Shown in pieces: positions 19,720 to 30,868 of a DNA stretch of 45,229 bases (positions within the stretch are counted from its first letter, which is position 1; each line of letters begins with the position of its first letter). The stretch is taken from positions 1 through 45,229 of the forward strand of contig JASGDR010000125.1 of assembly GCA_047607095.1 (NCBI GenBank), in the 5' to 3' direction. Source of the DNA: Caulobacter sp. Lineage in GTDB: Bacteria; Pseudomonadota; Alphaproteobacteria; Caulobacterales; Caulobacteraceae. Below the pieces are notes generated by a model. The model searched no databases. It was not told the DNA's origin and was given only the letters and a program-made list of their open reading frames with translations. A program made the position numbers and the translations under genes.

Positions 19720-19756
19720 AGGCGGGCAAGACAATTCCCCCGATCAGGAGCCGACC

Positions 19757-21144
<1,388 letters not shown>

Positions 21145-21148
<4 letters not shown>

Positions 21149-22503
21149 GGGCGCCCCTGGCGTCTGAGATCTGGAGCCTGCGCGGCAGGCTCCAGCCGTT
21201 CGACGGAAAGCCCGCTCTTCGGAGCGGGCCTTTTTGTCGTCGGATCGCCGTCCAGCAGCCGCCGGGCCAGCGCCTCAAAGGCGCCGGCGGTCGCCTCGTT
21301 GCCCCGCATCCGCCGGCCCTCGGCCAGGAAGGCGCACAATGCGGCGCGATCGGTGGGCGGAACCGTCTCGTCCCGCAGGGCGCGTAGCAGCAGCGGCTCG
21401 CCGATCTCGGGCGCGCCGCGCCGGACCTCCAGCGCCCCCTGGGTGGCCGGGATCACGACAAAGGCGGCGTCTAGGTCCAGCGGGGCTAAGCGTTCGGCCT
21501 GCCGGAGCCTGGCCTCGCCGCCGGCCTTCAGGGCCATCCACACCAGGTTGGCGCGCAGCAGGGGATCGAGGTCGGCTTCCAGCGCCTCGGTGTTGGGCAG
21601 CCGCGCATAGCGCTCGAGGGCGGCGTCCGGGCCGTGTTCGAGATCGGTCTCGTGCAGCAGGGTGTTGATCAGGCAGGCATCGTCGGGATGGCTGGCCAGC
21701 AGCGTCTCGTAGAGAGCCAGGCCTTCGCGCCGACGACCCGACCGCACCAGGCGCGCGGCCCGCCAGGCCAGTTTTTCGTCCTTGGACGGGCGCGGGCGAG
21801 GACGCAGGCAGTCGAGAATCCAGCCGCCGTCTGAATAGCCGCGCGTCCCGTCCTTGTGGACGACCTGGAAGGGGCGAAGATTGCCCAGCCCCAGCAGCAC
21901 GTTGCTGACCACGGCGCCCAGGCAGGCGGCCGCCAGCGCGTGATCGTCTCCGGTGGTGTCGATCAGCGCCGGCAGGGCGCCGAATAGCACCGCCAGCAGT
22001 AGGTTGGAGAGCGGGCCGGCCAGGGCGATCAGGGCCGTGGTCAGGCGTCCTCCCGACATGTGATGCACCTCGCCGCCAAGGAAGGCGTGGCGGCGCCACT
22101 CGAACCGCGCGCCCAGCAAGGCGCTCGACCAGACGGTCGGGCCGCCGCCGACGCGGATGATCGGAACCGGCGCCCCTAGGGCGCGGGCGGCCAGGGCGTG
22201 GGCCAGTTCGTGGATCAGGATGTTGAACCGCAGGCTCAGGCCCGCGCCGGCCACTAGGGCCAGTCCTTCGGGTATGGTCCCGAAGCTGTAGACATAGGCG
22301 CCGGCGAAGAACGCCGTCAGCACCAGGCCGGTCGCGAACCCGGCCAGGGCGTGCTCGTCCGACCGATCCGGGCGGAAGGGCAGGCAGCCTTCGCAGACCC
22401 AGGCGTCACGACTCCGAAAACCGCTCCACTCCTCGCGGAAGAAGCCTTCGACGTCTGAGCGGAAGCCGCAGGTGCTGCAACGTTGGGTCACAAGCTCAGC
22501 CAT
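21145..22503 (-). CDS. M50/site-2-type membrane metalloprotease with N-terminal Cys4 knuckle and C-terminal TPR-like helices
   Basis: CSTC...CEGC, TM helices, [18 protein letters not shown]...SDG, then helical repeats. Confidence 0.8.
21210..21235 (+). terminator. Intrinsic terminator of ahcY
   Basis: GCCCGCTC-TTCG-GAGCGGGC followed by CTTTTT. Confidence 0.85.
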
Positions 22504-22607
22504 AACGGGCGTTTTTGGATCCGTCGATCATCGCGTGTCGAGGGGTCTCGGTTTTGCCACCGTGACGCCCTGTTCAAGTTCCACGGGCTCGGCTAACTGC
22601 TTTGCCC

Positions 22608-23456
22608 ATGCCGCTCGCGCTTCTCATTTCCAGTCACGTCGCCGGCAGCCAGGTGGGCGCCACCGCCCAGGCCGCGGCGCTGACGCAGTTTCGCATCGAC
22701 ACCATGGTGGTTCCCACCGTGCTCTACGGCCGCCATCCCGGCTGGGGCGTCCCCGGCGGCGCGCCGGTGCCGATCGAGGTGGTCGAGGGCATGCTCGACG
22801 GGCTTGAGGCCAACGGCCTGTTCGGCCTGACCGACCTCGTCATCACCGGCTATTTCGCCAGCGCCGCCCAGGTGCGCGCGGCCGCCCGGGCTATCGACGC
22901 CGTGCGCGCCGCGCCACGCGACGGCGCCGCCGCCCGCAAGCCGACCATCATCGTCGACCCGACCATGGGCGACGCCGGCAAGGGCCTCTACGTGCCCGCC
23001 GAGGTGGCCGACGCCATCGCCGCCGACCTGATCCCCCGCGCCGATATTGTCGCCCCCAACGCCTGGGAACTTCAGCGCCTGACCGGCGCCGAGGTGCGCG
23101 ACCCGGCCGGGGCCGTGCGCGCCGCCCGCCTGCTGAACAAGCCGGTGCTGGTCTCGTCGGTGCAGCGCGGGGCCGAGATCGGCGTCGTCTACGCCGACCG
23201 CAAGGAGGCCTGGCTGGCCGCCCACGCCAAGGCCGAACGCTCGCCCAGCGGCACCGGCGATCTGCTGACCGCCCTGTTCGCCGCCTCGATCCTCGAGGGC
23301 CAGACCCTGTCCTACGGCCTGGCCCGCGCCGTCGGCGGCGTCGCCGAGACGGTCACCGCCGCCAACATCTGGAACGCGCCGGAACTGCCGATCGTGGCCA
23401 TGGCGGCGCGGATCAAGCAGACCTCGCCGACCGTGCGGATCGAGCGGTTGGCCTAA
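22608..23456 (+). CDS. pdxY: Pyridoxal kinase (PdxK/PdxY family)
   Basis: SSHVAGSQVG, PTVL...HPG, TGYF, VDPTMGD, LYV, PNAWEL, GTGD. Confidence 0.85.
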   Translation: MPLALLISSHVAGSQVGATAQAAALTQFRIDTMVVPTVLYGRHPGWGVPGGAPVPIEVVEGMLDGLEANGLFGLTDLVITGYFASAAQVRAAARAIDAVRAAPRDGAAARKPTIIVDPTMGDAGKGLYVPAEVADAIAADLIPRADIVAPNAWELQRLTGAEVRDPAGAVRAARLLNKPVLVSSVQRGAEIGVVYADRKEAWLAAHAKAERSPSGTGDLLTALFAASILEGQTLSYGLARAVGGVAETVTAANIWNAPELPIVAMAARIKQTSPTVRIERLA

Positions 23457-23488
23457 GGGGCGGCGTCCGCCCGAAGGCGAAGCGGGCT

Positions 23489-23701
23489 TCAGATCTCGCT
23501 CAGGGGACTGGGAAGCTTGCCGCCGCACCAAGGGCAGTAATGTATCCCGATGACGCCGATGCCGTAGCCTGCGTTCGGAACCCATTGGACCTGGGGCGGC
23601 AGCACATAGTCGCCCGACATGAGCTCTTCATTGGAGAACCAACGTCGCGTCGAGCTGTAGTCTTTGAGCGCTTCGCAACAGGTCGGCGGCGGCGTTTCCA
23701 T
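23489..23701 (-). CDS. Small Cys-rich putative zinc-binding protein (CC...YCPWCG, DUF6980-like)
   Basis: TCCEAL...IHYCPWCGGKLP; atypical, lower-GC codons. Start uncertain (23701 or 23752). Confidence 0.6.
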   Translation of the reverse strand: METPPPTCCEALKDYSSTRRWFSNEELMSGDYVLPPQVQWVPNAGYGIGVIGIHYCPWCGGKLPSPLSEI

Positions 23702-23776
23702 GTTTTCATACTGATGCTGGCCGGCTGACCCGGCAAGTTGGCTCGGACACATGCCGCGTTCCGGTCCGGGCGGCGC

Positions 23777-24688
23777 TCATCTCTCGAAATGCCGCTCCAG
23801 GTTCTCCAGCACCAGCGCCGCCATCGCGTTGCGGGCTTCTTCCGTGGCGCTGCCCCGGTGTGGTTGGAGCACCACGTTTTCCATCGTCAGCAGTGCCGCC
23901 GGGACGTTCGGCTCGTCTTCGAACACGTCCAGCCCCGCGCCGGCGATCGTTCCGTCCGCCAGGGCCGCGACCAGGGCCGCCTCGTCCACCACCGAGCCGC
24001 GCGCCACGTTGATCAGCAGGCCGTCGGGTCCCAGCGCCTCCAGTACCGCCGCGTCGACCAGCGGGCCGGCGTCGCCGGGCGTGACCAGGAACAGCACGTC
24101 CACCGCCGCCGCCAGGTCCAGGGGGCTGGCGTGGTAGGCGTAGGGGACGCCCTCTACAGGCCTGCGGCTGTGATAGGCGATGCTCGCCGCGAACGGCGTC
24201 GCCATCGCCGCGATCGCCTTGCCGATCTGGCCAAGGCCCAGGATCCCCACCGTCCGCCCCGTCGCCCGCCGCGCCAGGGACAGGCGCTCGGCCTTTGGCC
24301 AACGTCCCTCGCGCACATAGCGGTCGGCGCTCACCATCCGGCGAGACAGGGATAACCAGAGCCCGATCGCCAGTTCTGCGACGTCCTCGGTGAGGACGCC
24401 CGGCGTCGTGGTCACGGCGACGCCCCGGGCGGCGGCGCGGGGCAGGTCCACCTTGTCGAGGCCGACACCGTGCACCGCCACGATCTCCAGCGCCGGCAGG
24501 CGGTCCCACAGGGCGTCGGGCACGCCCAGGTCGCCGCCGGTGACGAGGCCCCGGATATTCGGCGCGACGTCTTCGATCAGCGCGTCGGGATCGGCGGCGC
24601 GATAGGGGCGGTGGACGGCGTAGGCCGCCTCCAGGCCGGCTTCGAGCTGGGGCGACAGGGCCTTGAGCTGCAGGATGTCGGGCTTCAT
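23777..24688 (-). CDS. D-2-hydroxyacid dehydrogenase
   Basis: GVGLD, TPGVLTEDVAE, GLGQIG, INVARGSVVDE, LDVFEDEP, PHRGSAT. Confidence 0.92.
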   Translation of the reverse strand: MKPDILQLKALSPQLEAGLEAAYAVHRPYRAADPDALIEDVAPNIRGLVTGGDLGVPDALWDRLPALEIVAVHGVGLDKVDLPRAAARGVAVTTTPGVLTEDVAELAIGLWLSLSRRMVSADRYVREGRWPKAERLSLARRATGRTVGILGLGQIGKAIAAMATPFAASIAYHSRRPVEGVPYAYHASPLDLAAAVDVLFLVTPGDAGPLVDAAVLEALGPDGLLINVARGSVVDEAALVAALADGTIAGAGLDVFEDEPNVPAALLTMENVVLQPHRGSATEEARNAMAALVLENLERHFER

Positions 24689-24760
24689 CGGCGGGCTCCG
24701 TTACGCGGGGGACTGTCCTTCGGATGACAAACCCGGGCGCGCCGGGCTAGAGCAAAAGCC

Positions 24761-25900
24761 ATGAGCCTCGACATCACCGGCGTTTGTCCCGCCCCCTTCG
24801 CCCAGGTCTATGACGCCTTCGAGGCCAATTTCGACCCGGCCTCGCCGGGCGGTGGGGAACTGGGCGCGCGCTTCACCCTGGCCATCGACGGCGAGATCGT
24901 CGTCGACCTGATGGCCGGCTTCGCCGACCGCAAGCGCGAGGTCGCCTTCGGCCCCGACACCCTGACGCCGCTGTTCTCGACCACCAAGGCCGTCGCCGCC
25001 CTGCTGGTCGCCCGCCTCGTGGACCAGGGCAAGCTGTCCTACGACACGAGCGTCGCCTCGGTCTGGCCGGAGTTCGCGCAGAACGGCAAGGAGGCCGTCA
25101 CCGTCGGCCAGGTGATGTCGCACCAGGACGGGCTTTCGGGTTTCCTCGACGAGGTCGATCCGGCCATCTGGTTCGACTGGGAAGCGACGACGGCGAAGCT
25201 GGCCGCCATGGCCCCGCTGTGGCCGGTCGGTTCGGCCAGCGGCTATCACCCGGTGACCTTCGGCTACACGGCCGGCGAGATCTTCCGCCGGGTCGACGGC
25301 CGCACCATGGGAACGGCGCTGCGCGAGGACCTGGCGATTCCGCTGGGCCTCGATCTGTGGATCGGCCTGCCCGACAGCGAGCACGGGCGCTGCGCCGACC
25401 TGATGCGGCCGACCGCCTTCCCCAAGTTCGGCGAGATCAACGACGCCATCCGCGCCGCCTTCATGACCAAGTGGGCGGCCCCCGGCGGCCGCGGCACGGG
25501 CGAGTGGCGGCGGGCCGAGATCCCCTCGGCCAACGGCCACGCCACCGCTCCGGCCCTGGCGCGCCTGATGGGCGCCCTGGCCAGCGGCGGAACGCTGGAC
25601 GGCGTCAAGGTGCTGTCGCCGGAGGCGATGGAGCTGGCTCGGGCCGAGCGCATCGCCGGCCAGGACCTGGTGCTGCCCTACGAGATCAGCTGGGGCGCGG
25701 GCTTCATGCGCAACACGCCCAACTTCTTCTACGGCCCCACGCCGGACGCCTTCGGCCACTCCGGCTGGGGCGGATCGTGCGCCTTCGCCGATCCGAAGAC
25801 CGGCGTTTCCGGCGCCTATGTGATGAACCGCCAGGGCAACGAGTTGATCGGCGACCCGCGCGCGGTCAGCCTGATCAAGGCGGCGTACGCGAGTTTGTGA
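24761..25900 (+). CDS. Serine hydrolase (beta-lactamase-fold esterase)
   Basis: FSTTK (SxxK), SHQDG, GYHPVTFG, FGHSGWGGS. Confidence 0.9.
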   Translation: MSLDITGVCPAPFAQVYDAFEANFDPASPGGGELGARFTLAIDGEIVVDLMAGFADRKREVAFGPDTLTPLFSTTKAVAALLVARLVDQGKLSYDTSVASVWPEFAQNGKEAVTVGQVMSHQDGLSGFLDEVDPAIWFDWEATTAKLAAMAPLWPVGSASGYHPVTFGYTAGEIFRRVDGRTMGTALREDLAIPLGLDLWIGLPDSEHGRCADLMRPTAFPKFGEINDAIRAAFMTKWAAPGGRGTGEWRRAEIPSANGHATAPALARLMGALASGGTLDGVKVLSPEAMELARAERIAGQDLVLPYEISWGAGFMRNTPNFFYGPTPDAFGHSGWGGSCAFADPKTGVSGAYVMNRQGNELIGDPRAVSLIKAAYASL

Positions 25901-25906
25901 GTCCTA

Positions 25907-26008
25907 CGTCCTTCGAGGCCCGCTGCGCGGGCGCCTCAGGATGAGGGGCTTATTGCACTGAATTCCTCATCCTGAGGCGCGGGGCGAAGCCGAGCCTCGA
26001 AGGACGCA
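25907..26008. repeat. REP/RIME-like palindromic repeat, family A, copy 2
   Basis: Same arms as 9691-9794 with a different central spacer. Confidence 0.85.
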
Positions 26009-26015
26009 AGGCGCC

Positions 26016-26345
26016 TCAGACGCCAAGCCGGCCCCTCAGCCGCTCGGCCACGGCGCCCAGCGTGATCGTCGCCAGCGCTTCCTGCACTTCCAGCGGCACG
26101 CCGTCGGGCGCGGCCTGCACCAGCTTGCTGGTGAAGTCGGTGATGGCGGTGATGTGCTGGGCCAGGTGGTCGACCGTGTGCAGTTCCTGCATCACGGCCA
26201 GGCGCGATTCCGGCGGGGTGTTCTCGAGGATCTTGCCCAGGGCGCTGTCGAGGTGGCCGCAGGCCTCGGCCGCCAGCGACATCTCGACGGAAAGGGCCTC
26301 GAGCACGGCGGCGAGGTTGGGCGTGGTGACGGCGTCCGTGGACAT
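26016..26345 (-). CDS. Small helical protein resembling alphaproteobacterial CheT/CheU-type chemotaxis proteins
   Basis: QELHTVDHLAQHITAITDF...ITLGAVAERL pattern; GGGGG RBS. Family call is from memory. Confidence 0.45.
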   Translation of the reverse strand: MSTDAVTTPNLAAVLEALSVEMSLAAEACGHLDSALGKILENTPPESRLAVMQELHTVDHLAQHITAITDFTSKLVQAAPDGVPLEVQEALATITLGAVAERLRGRLGV

Positions 26346-26458
26346 GGTTTCCCCCTACGAAAGACTGCGGGCATACCTGCAATCGCGTCCGTTGCCGCCA
26401 GCTTAAGCGCCGGCGGACATGCGACAAATTGACCAACGCATCGCCCGGCCCGAGGTTC

Positions 26459-27376
26459 TCAGGCCGCGGCGGGCGCCGTCCTGAGCCTTTTCCAGGCGCC
26501 GTAGGCGAACACCGCCACCCCCAGCCAGATGAACACGAACGACAGCGCCCGCAGCGGCGTGAAGGCCTCGCCCAGGAAAACGCCGAGCAGGAACTGCAGG
26601 GTGGGGGCGATGAACTGCAGGAAGCCCAGCGCGCTGAGCGGCAAGCGGCGGGCCGACCAGGCGAACAGCGCCAGCGGGATCACCGTGGCCGGGCCCGCGA
26701 GCAGCAGCAGGATCGCCGTGCCGGGACCCTGGGTGAAGTGGCCCGCGCCGCTGGCCTGCAGATGCCAGACATAGAGCAGCCCCGGGAGCGCCAGATAGGC
26801 GCACTCGATGAAGAGGCCGGTCTGGGCGTCGGCCTTCACCTGCTTGCGCACGATGCCGTAGATGCAGAAGCTCAGGGCCAGGCCCAGCGACACCAGCGGC
26901 AGGTGGCCCAGGGCGACCGTCTGGATGGCCACGCCCACGGCCGCCAGGCCGATGGCGATCTTGCCCTCGGTGCTCATCCGCTCGCGGAACAGCAGGGCGC
27001 CGGCCGCCATGTTCATCAGCGGGTTGATATAGTAGCCGAGGCTGGCCTCGATCACCCGGCCGGCGTTCACCGCCAGCACGTAGATCGTCCAGTTGCCGAA
27101 GATCGCCAGGGTCGACAGGGCCAGCAGGGCCAGGGTCTTGGGCTGGCGCAGCACCGCCGCCGCCTGGCCGCCCTGGCGGGCGATCAGCACTAGGCCGGCG
27201 GCCCAGATCACCGACCACAGCGTCCGGTGGGCGATCATCTCGAACGAGGTGACGCCGAGCCCCGCCATGATGTGGAAATAGAGGGGCAGGAAGCCCCACA
27301 GCACATAGCAGCCGGCGCCGGCCAGATAGGCCGAACGCGTGTCGCCGGAAGGGCTGCTGATGGAACCGGAAGTCAT
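26459..27376 (-). CDS. rarD: EamA-family transporter RarD
   Basis: YVLWGFLPLY, AHR-LWS, EASLGYYINPL, YGIVRK, LGFLQFIAPTLQF. Confidence 0.92.
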   Translation of the reverse strand: MTSGSISSPSGDTRSAYLAGAGCYVLWGFLPLYFHIMAGLGVTSFEMIAHRTLWSVIWAAGLVLIARQGGQAAAVLRQPKTLALLALSTLAIFGNWTIYVLAVNAGRVIEASLGYYINPLMNMAAGALLFRERMSTEGKIAIGLAAVGVAIQTVALGHLPLVSLGLALSFCIYGIVRKQVKADAQTGLFIECAYLALPGLLYVWHLQASGAGHFTQGPGTAILLLLAGPATVIPLALFAWSARRLPLSALGFLQFIAPTLQFLLGVFLGEAFTPLRALSFVFIWLGVAVFAYGAWKRLRTAPAAA

Positions 27377-27517
27377 GATGGGCCGCACCTTTCGCGGGGG
27401 GATCTGACAGAGGGTGATCCCGGCGTCCGCCCGCTTCTTGCGGAGAGGTGCGACAATCGCTCGAAAGCGCTTTCCGTCGTCCCTCCGCTGGCGGAAGGAC
27501 GACGGGGCGGTCGTTCT

Positions 27518-28546
27518 CTAGGCCAGGGTCTTCTGCTTGATCAGGCCCTTGTCGTGCAGCAGCTGGGCGATCTGCACGGCGTTCAGGGCCGCGCCCTTTC
27601 GGAGGTTGTCGGCCACGCACCACAGGGCGATGCCGTGCTCGACGGTCGGGTCCTTGCGGATGCGCGACACGTAGACCGGGAACTCGCCCTGGCTTTCCTT
27701 CGGCGTGATGTAGCCGCCGTTCTCGCGCTTATCGACCACGACGATCCCGTCGGCGTCGCGCAGGATCTCGCGGGCGTCGTCCTCGTCCAGCGGACCGGTG
27801 AACTCGATGTTGACCGACTCCGAGTGGCCCACCATCACCGGCACGCGCACGCAGGTGGCGACCAGCTGGATGGCCGGATCCAGGATCTTCTGGGTCTCGA
27901 CGGTCATCTTCCACTCTTCCTTGGTGAAGCCGTCGTCCATGAAGACGTCGATGTGGGGGATGACGTTGAAGGCGATCTGCTTGGTGAACTTCTTCGGCTC
28001 GGGCGCGCCCAGGACGAAGACGCCCTTGGTCTGGTCCCACAGCTCGTCCATGCCTTCCTTGCCCGCGCCGGAAACCGACTGGTAGGTCGACACCACCACG
28101 CGCTTGATCGGCACCTCGTCGTGCAGCGGCTTCAGGGCCACCACCAGCTGGGCGGTCGAGCAGTTGGGGTTGGCGATGATGTTCTTGGGGATGCTGTTGA
28201 CGGCGTCCGGGTTCACTTCCGGCACCACCAGCGGCACGTCCGGGTCCATCCGGAAGTGGCTGGAGTTGTCGATGACGATCGGGCCGGCCGCGCCGATCTT
28301 CTCGCCCCATGCGGCCGAGATCGACCCGCCGGCGCTCATCAGCACGATGTCGACCTTCGAGAAGTCGAACTGCTCCAGGTCCTCGCACTTGAGGATCTGG
28401 GCGCCGAACGAGACCTCGGTGCCGATGGATTTGCGCGAGGCGATGGCGTGCATCTTCTCCACGGGGAATTTCACTTCCTCGAGGATGTTGAACATCTCGC
28501 GGCCCACGTTGCCCGTGGCGCCGACCACGGCGACCCGGTAACCCAT
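27518..28546 (-). CDS. asd: Aspartate-semialdehyde dehydrogenase
   Basis: GATGNVG, DNSSHFRM, NPNCST, YQSVSGAG, CVRVPV, DNLRKGAALNAVQ. Confidence 0.97.
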   Translation of the reverse strand: MGYRVAVVGATGNVGREMFNILEEVKFPVEKMHAIASRKSIGTEVSFGAQILKCEDLEQFDFSKVDIVLMSAGGSISAAWGEKIGAAGPIVIDNSSHFRMDPDVPLVVPEVNPDAVNSIPKNIIANPNCSTAQLVVALKPLHDEVPIKRVVVSTYQSVSGAGKEGMDELWDQTKGVFVLGAPEPKKFTKQIAFNVIPHIDVFMDDGFTKEEWKMTVETQKILDPAIQLVATCVRVPVMVGHSESVNIEFTGPLDEDDAREILRDADGIVVVDKRENGGYITPKESQGEFPVYVSRIRKDPTVEHGIALWCVADNLRKGAALNAVQIAQLLHDKGLIKQKTLA

Positions 28547-28776
28547 CGCAGTCTCCAATCCTTCAGCCCCGACAAGGGGAAATGCGCCGTCCCGTTACGC
28601 TCCGGAACGCCGGTAGGCAAGGGCAGGGTTTTGCAAACCGAGCGGCGTGTGGCCGCGCTTGGGGGAATAATCTTGCGGAAGGGCCGGCGGGCGATGCAGA
28701 GGGGCGGCCGCGTAAGGGTCCGTCGGACGCTTCGTCCAACTGGACAGGCCGCCCGCGCCGGGCGCATACCCACGCC

Positions 28777-30027
28777 ATGCGCAAGCACGACGCCGACGTC
28801 ATCATCGCCGGGGCCGGCATGGCCGGAACCACCCTGGCGCTCGCCCTCGCTTCCGGCGGGATCAGGCCGCTGCTGGTCGATCCGCAGCCCTTCGGCGCCC
28901 AGCTGGCGCCGAGCTTCGACGGCCGTTCGTCGGCCATCGCCTATTCCTCGTTCCGCCAGTGGCGGGCGATCGGCGCCGGCGAGGCCCTGGCGCCCCACGC
29001 CCAGCGCATCGAGCAGATCCTGGTCACCGACGGCAAGGCGCCGGGCGCGGCCGCCGGAAAGCCGTCGCCCTTCTTCCTGCGCTTCGACAGCGGCGAGATC
29101 GCCGACCGCTCTGAAGGCGAGCCCCTGGGCTACCTGATCGAGAACCGCCAGATCCGCGCGGCCCTGTCGAAGACGGCGCTGGACAAGGGCCTGGAGGTCA
29201 TCGCCCCGGCCGGCGCGGCCGACCTCGAGGTCGACGCCTCCGAAGCCCGCGTGACCCTCACCGACGGCCGGGTGCTGAGCGCGTCGCTGGCGGTCAGCGC
29301 CGAAGGCCGCGGCTCGGCCCTGCGCAAGGCGGCCGGCATCGGCGACATCGGCTGGGGTTATGGCCAGAGCGGCGTCGTCGCCACCGTGAAGATGCAGCAT
29401 CCCCACGAGGGCGTGGCGCACGAATATTTCCTGCCCAGCGGCCCGTTCGCGATCCTGCCGCTGACCGACAACCGCGCCAGCCTGGTCTGGACCGAGAGCA
29501 CCGCGCGCGGCGAGACCCTGCGCCATGCTTCGCCCGAGGCCTTCCACGCCCACCTGATGCGCCGGTTCGGCGACTTCCTGGGCCAGGTCGAGATGGCCGG
29601 GCCGGTGTTCGTCTATCCGCTGTCGCTGCTGCTGGCCGAGCGGATCACCGCGCCGCGCCTGGCCTTGATCGGCGACGCCGCCCACGGGGTGCATCCGATC
29701 GCGGGGCAGGGGCTCAATCTCGGTCTCAAGGACGCGGCGGCCCTGGCCGAGGTGCTGGTCGACGCGGTCCGCAACGGCGAAGACATCGGCGCCGAGGCGA
29801 CCCTGGAGCGCTACGCCCGCTGGCGGCGGTTCGACAACGTCACCAACGCCCTGGCCTTCGACGGCTTCGTGCGCCTGTTCTCGAACGACAATCCGCTGCT
29901 GCGCCTGGCGCGCGGCGTCGGCATGGCGGCGGTCAACCGCATCGCCCCGGCGCGCCGGTTCTTCATGCACGAGGCCGGCGGCGGTGTGGGCGACCTGCCC
30001 AAGCTGCTGCGGGGGACGGCGCTGTAG
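28777..30027 (+). CDS. UbiH/UbiL-family FAD-dependent ubiquinone biosynthesis hydroxylase
   Basis: GAGMAG, DGR, AEGRGS, FLPSGPFAILP, GDAAHGVHPIAGQGLNLG, LFSND. ATG 28777. Confidence 0.92.
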   Translation: MRKHDADVIIAGAGMAGTTLALALASGGIRPLLVDPQPFGAQLAPSFDGRSSAIAYSSFRQWRAIGAGEALAPHAQRIEQILVTDGKAPGAAAGKPSPFFLRFDSGEIADRSEGEPLGYLIENRQIRAALSKTALDKGLEVIAPAGAADLEVDASEARVTLTDGRVLSASLAVSAEGRGSALRKAAGIGDIGWGYGQSGVVATVKMQHPHEGVAHEYFLPSGPFAILPLTDNRASLVWTESTARGETLRHASPEAFHAHLMRRFGDFLGQVEMAGPVFVYPLSLLLAERITAPRLALIGDAAHGVHPIAGQGLNLGLKDAAALAEVLVDAVRNGEDIGAEATLERYARWRRFDNVTNALAFDGFVRLFSNDNPLLRLARGVGMAAVNRIAPARRFFMHEAGGGVGDLPKLLRGTAL

Positions 30028-30029
30028 AA

Positions 30030-30129
30030 ACCCCCTCAGTCGCTGCGCGACAGCTCCCCCAGAGGGGGAGCATCTGGGCGGTTCGATCCTCCCCCTCCGG
30101 GGGAGGTGGCCCGAAGGGCCGGAGGGGGT
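30030..30129. repeat. Composite palindromic repeat (family C)
   Basis: ACCCCCTC...GAGGGGGT outer arms enclosing CTCCCCC-AGA-GGGGGAG, CCTCCCCC..GGGGGAGG and GGCCC-GAA-GGGCC hairpins. Confidence 0.8.
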
Positions 30130-30130
30130 C

Positions 30131-30337
30131 TTACTCCCCGTCCGCCAGGCTACGGGCTTCTTCCGGCAGCATGATCGGCACGCCGTCGCGGATCGGATAG
30201 GCCAGCTTGGCCGTGTGGCTGACCAGCTCGCCGCGGGCGCGGTCGTAGAACAGCGGCGCGCGGGTCACCGGGCAGACCAGCACCTCCAGCAGGCGCGGAT
30301 CGACATCGACGGGCGGAGGCGGAGGAGCGGCGGTCAT
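30131..30337 (-). CDS. Trm112/YcaR family protein
   Basis: [11 protein letters not shown]...[13 protein letters not shown]. Confidence 0.9.
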   Translation of the reverse strand: MTAAPPPPPVDVDPRLLEVLVCPVTRAPLFYDRARGELVSHTAKLAYPIRDGVPIMLPEEARSLADGE

Positions 30338-30444
30338 GGCGCTGTTCTAGATCGGGGTATGCAATCTGCAAACCCCCGGACGGAACCACCGGCGCAAGGT
30401 CGCGGTTGTCGCAGAAGCGATAACAACGATCTCGGATCTGCGAC

Positions 30445-30837
30445 ATGACCGTCACCGAACGGACCTTCCTGGCCGCCGCCGTGGCCACCAGCGTCATGAC
30501 CCTGGCCGCTTGCGGCTCCATGGGCGGAGGCGGCGGCTATTCCCCGCGCCTGGCGACCAACGCCGCCGACGAAAAGGCCTTCGCCAGCACCTTCGCCTCG
30601 TGCCGCGATGAGGTGCGCGCCGGCAAGACCAGCGGCTTCAAGGTGCACCCCGCCAGCGCGGCCGCCCGCGACTTGCCGCCCGGCCCGACGGGCCTGGTGC
30701 TCAAGGTTCCCTACGACAAGGCCAAAGGGACCAAGAGCCAGCGCGCCGCCCGCGACGAGCAGCACAAGGCCGCCGTGGCCCAGTGCCTGTCGGAGAACGG
30801 CTACCAGGTCGCCGCTTGGGATGCGGTGAAGCCCTGA
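30445..30837 (+). CDS. Hypothetical lipoprotein
   Basis: Lipobox LAAC, Gly linker, two further Cys (SCRDE, QCLSENGY). Confidence 0.7.
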   Translation: MTVTERTFLAAAVATSVMTLAACGSMGGGGGYSPRLATNAADEKAFASTFASCRDEVRAGKTSGFKVHPASAAARDLPPGPTGLVLKVPYDKAKGTKSQRAARDEQHKAAVAQCLSENGYQVAAWDAVKP

Positions 30838-30868
30838 GGGAGCCCGTGCGTCCTTAGAGGCCCGCCGC

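Noticed and set aside
19570-19756. SAH or SAM riboswitch upstream of ahcY
   Set aside because: The predicted promoter leaves only about 30 nt of leader and no riboswitch consensus is visible. A protein operator explains the region better.
26346-26410. Sigma54-like promoter upstream of the CheT-like gene
   Set aside because: The GG-N10-GC spacing is not satisfied.
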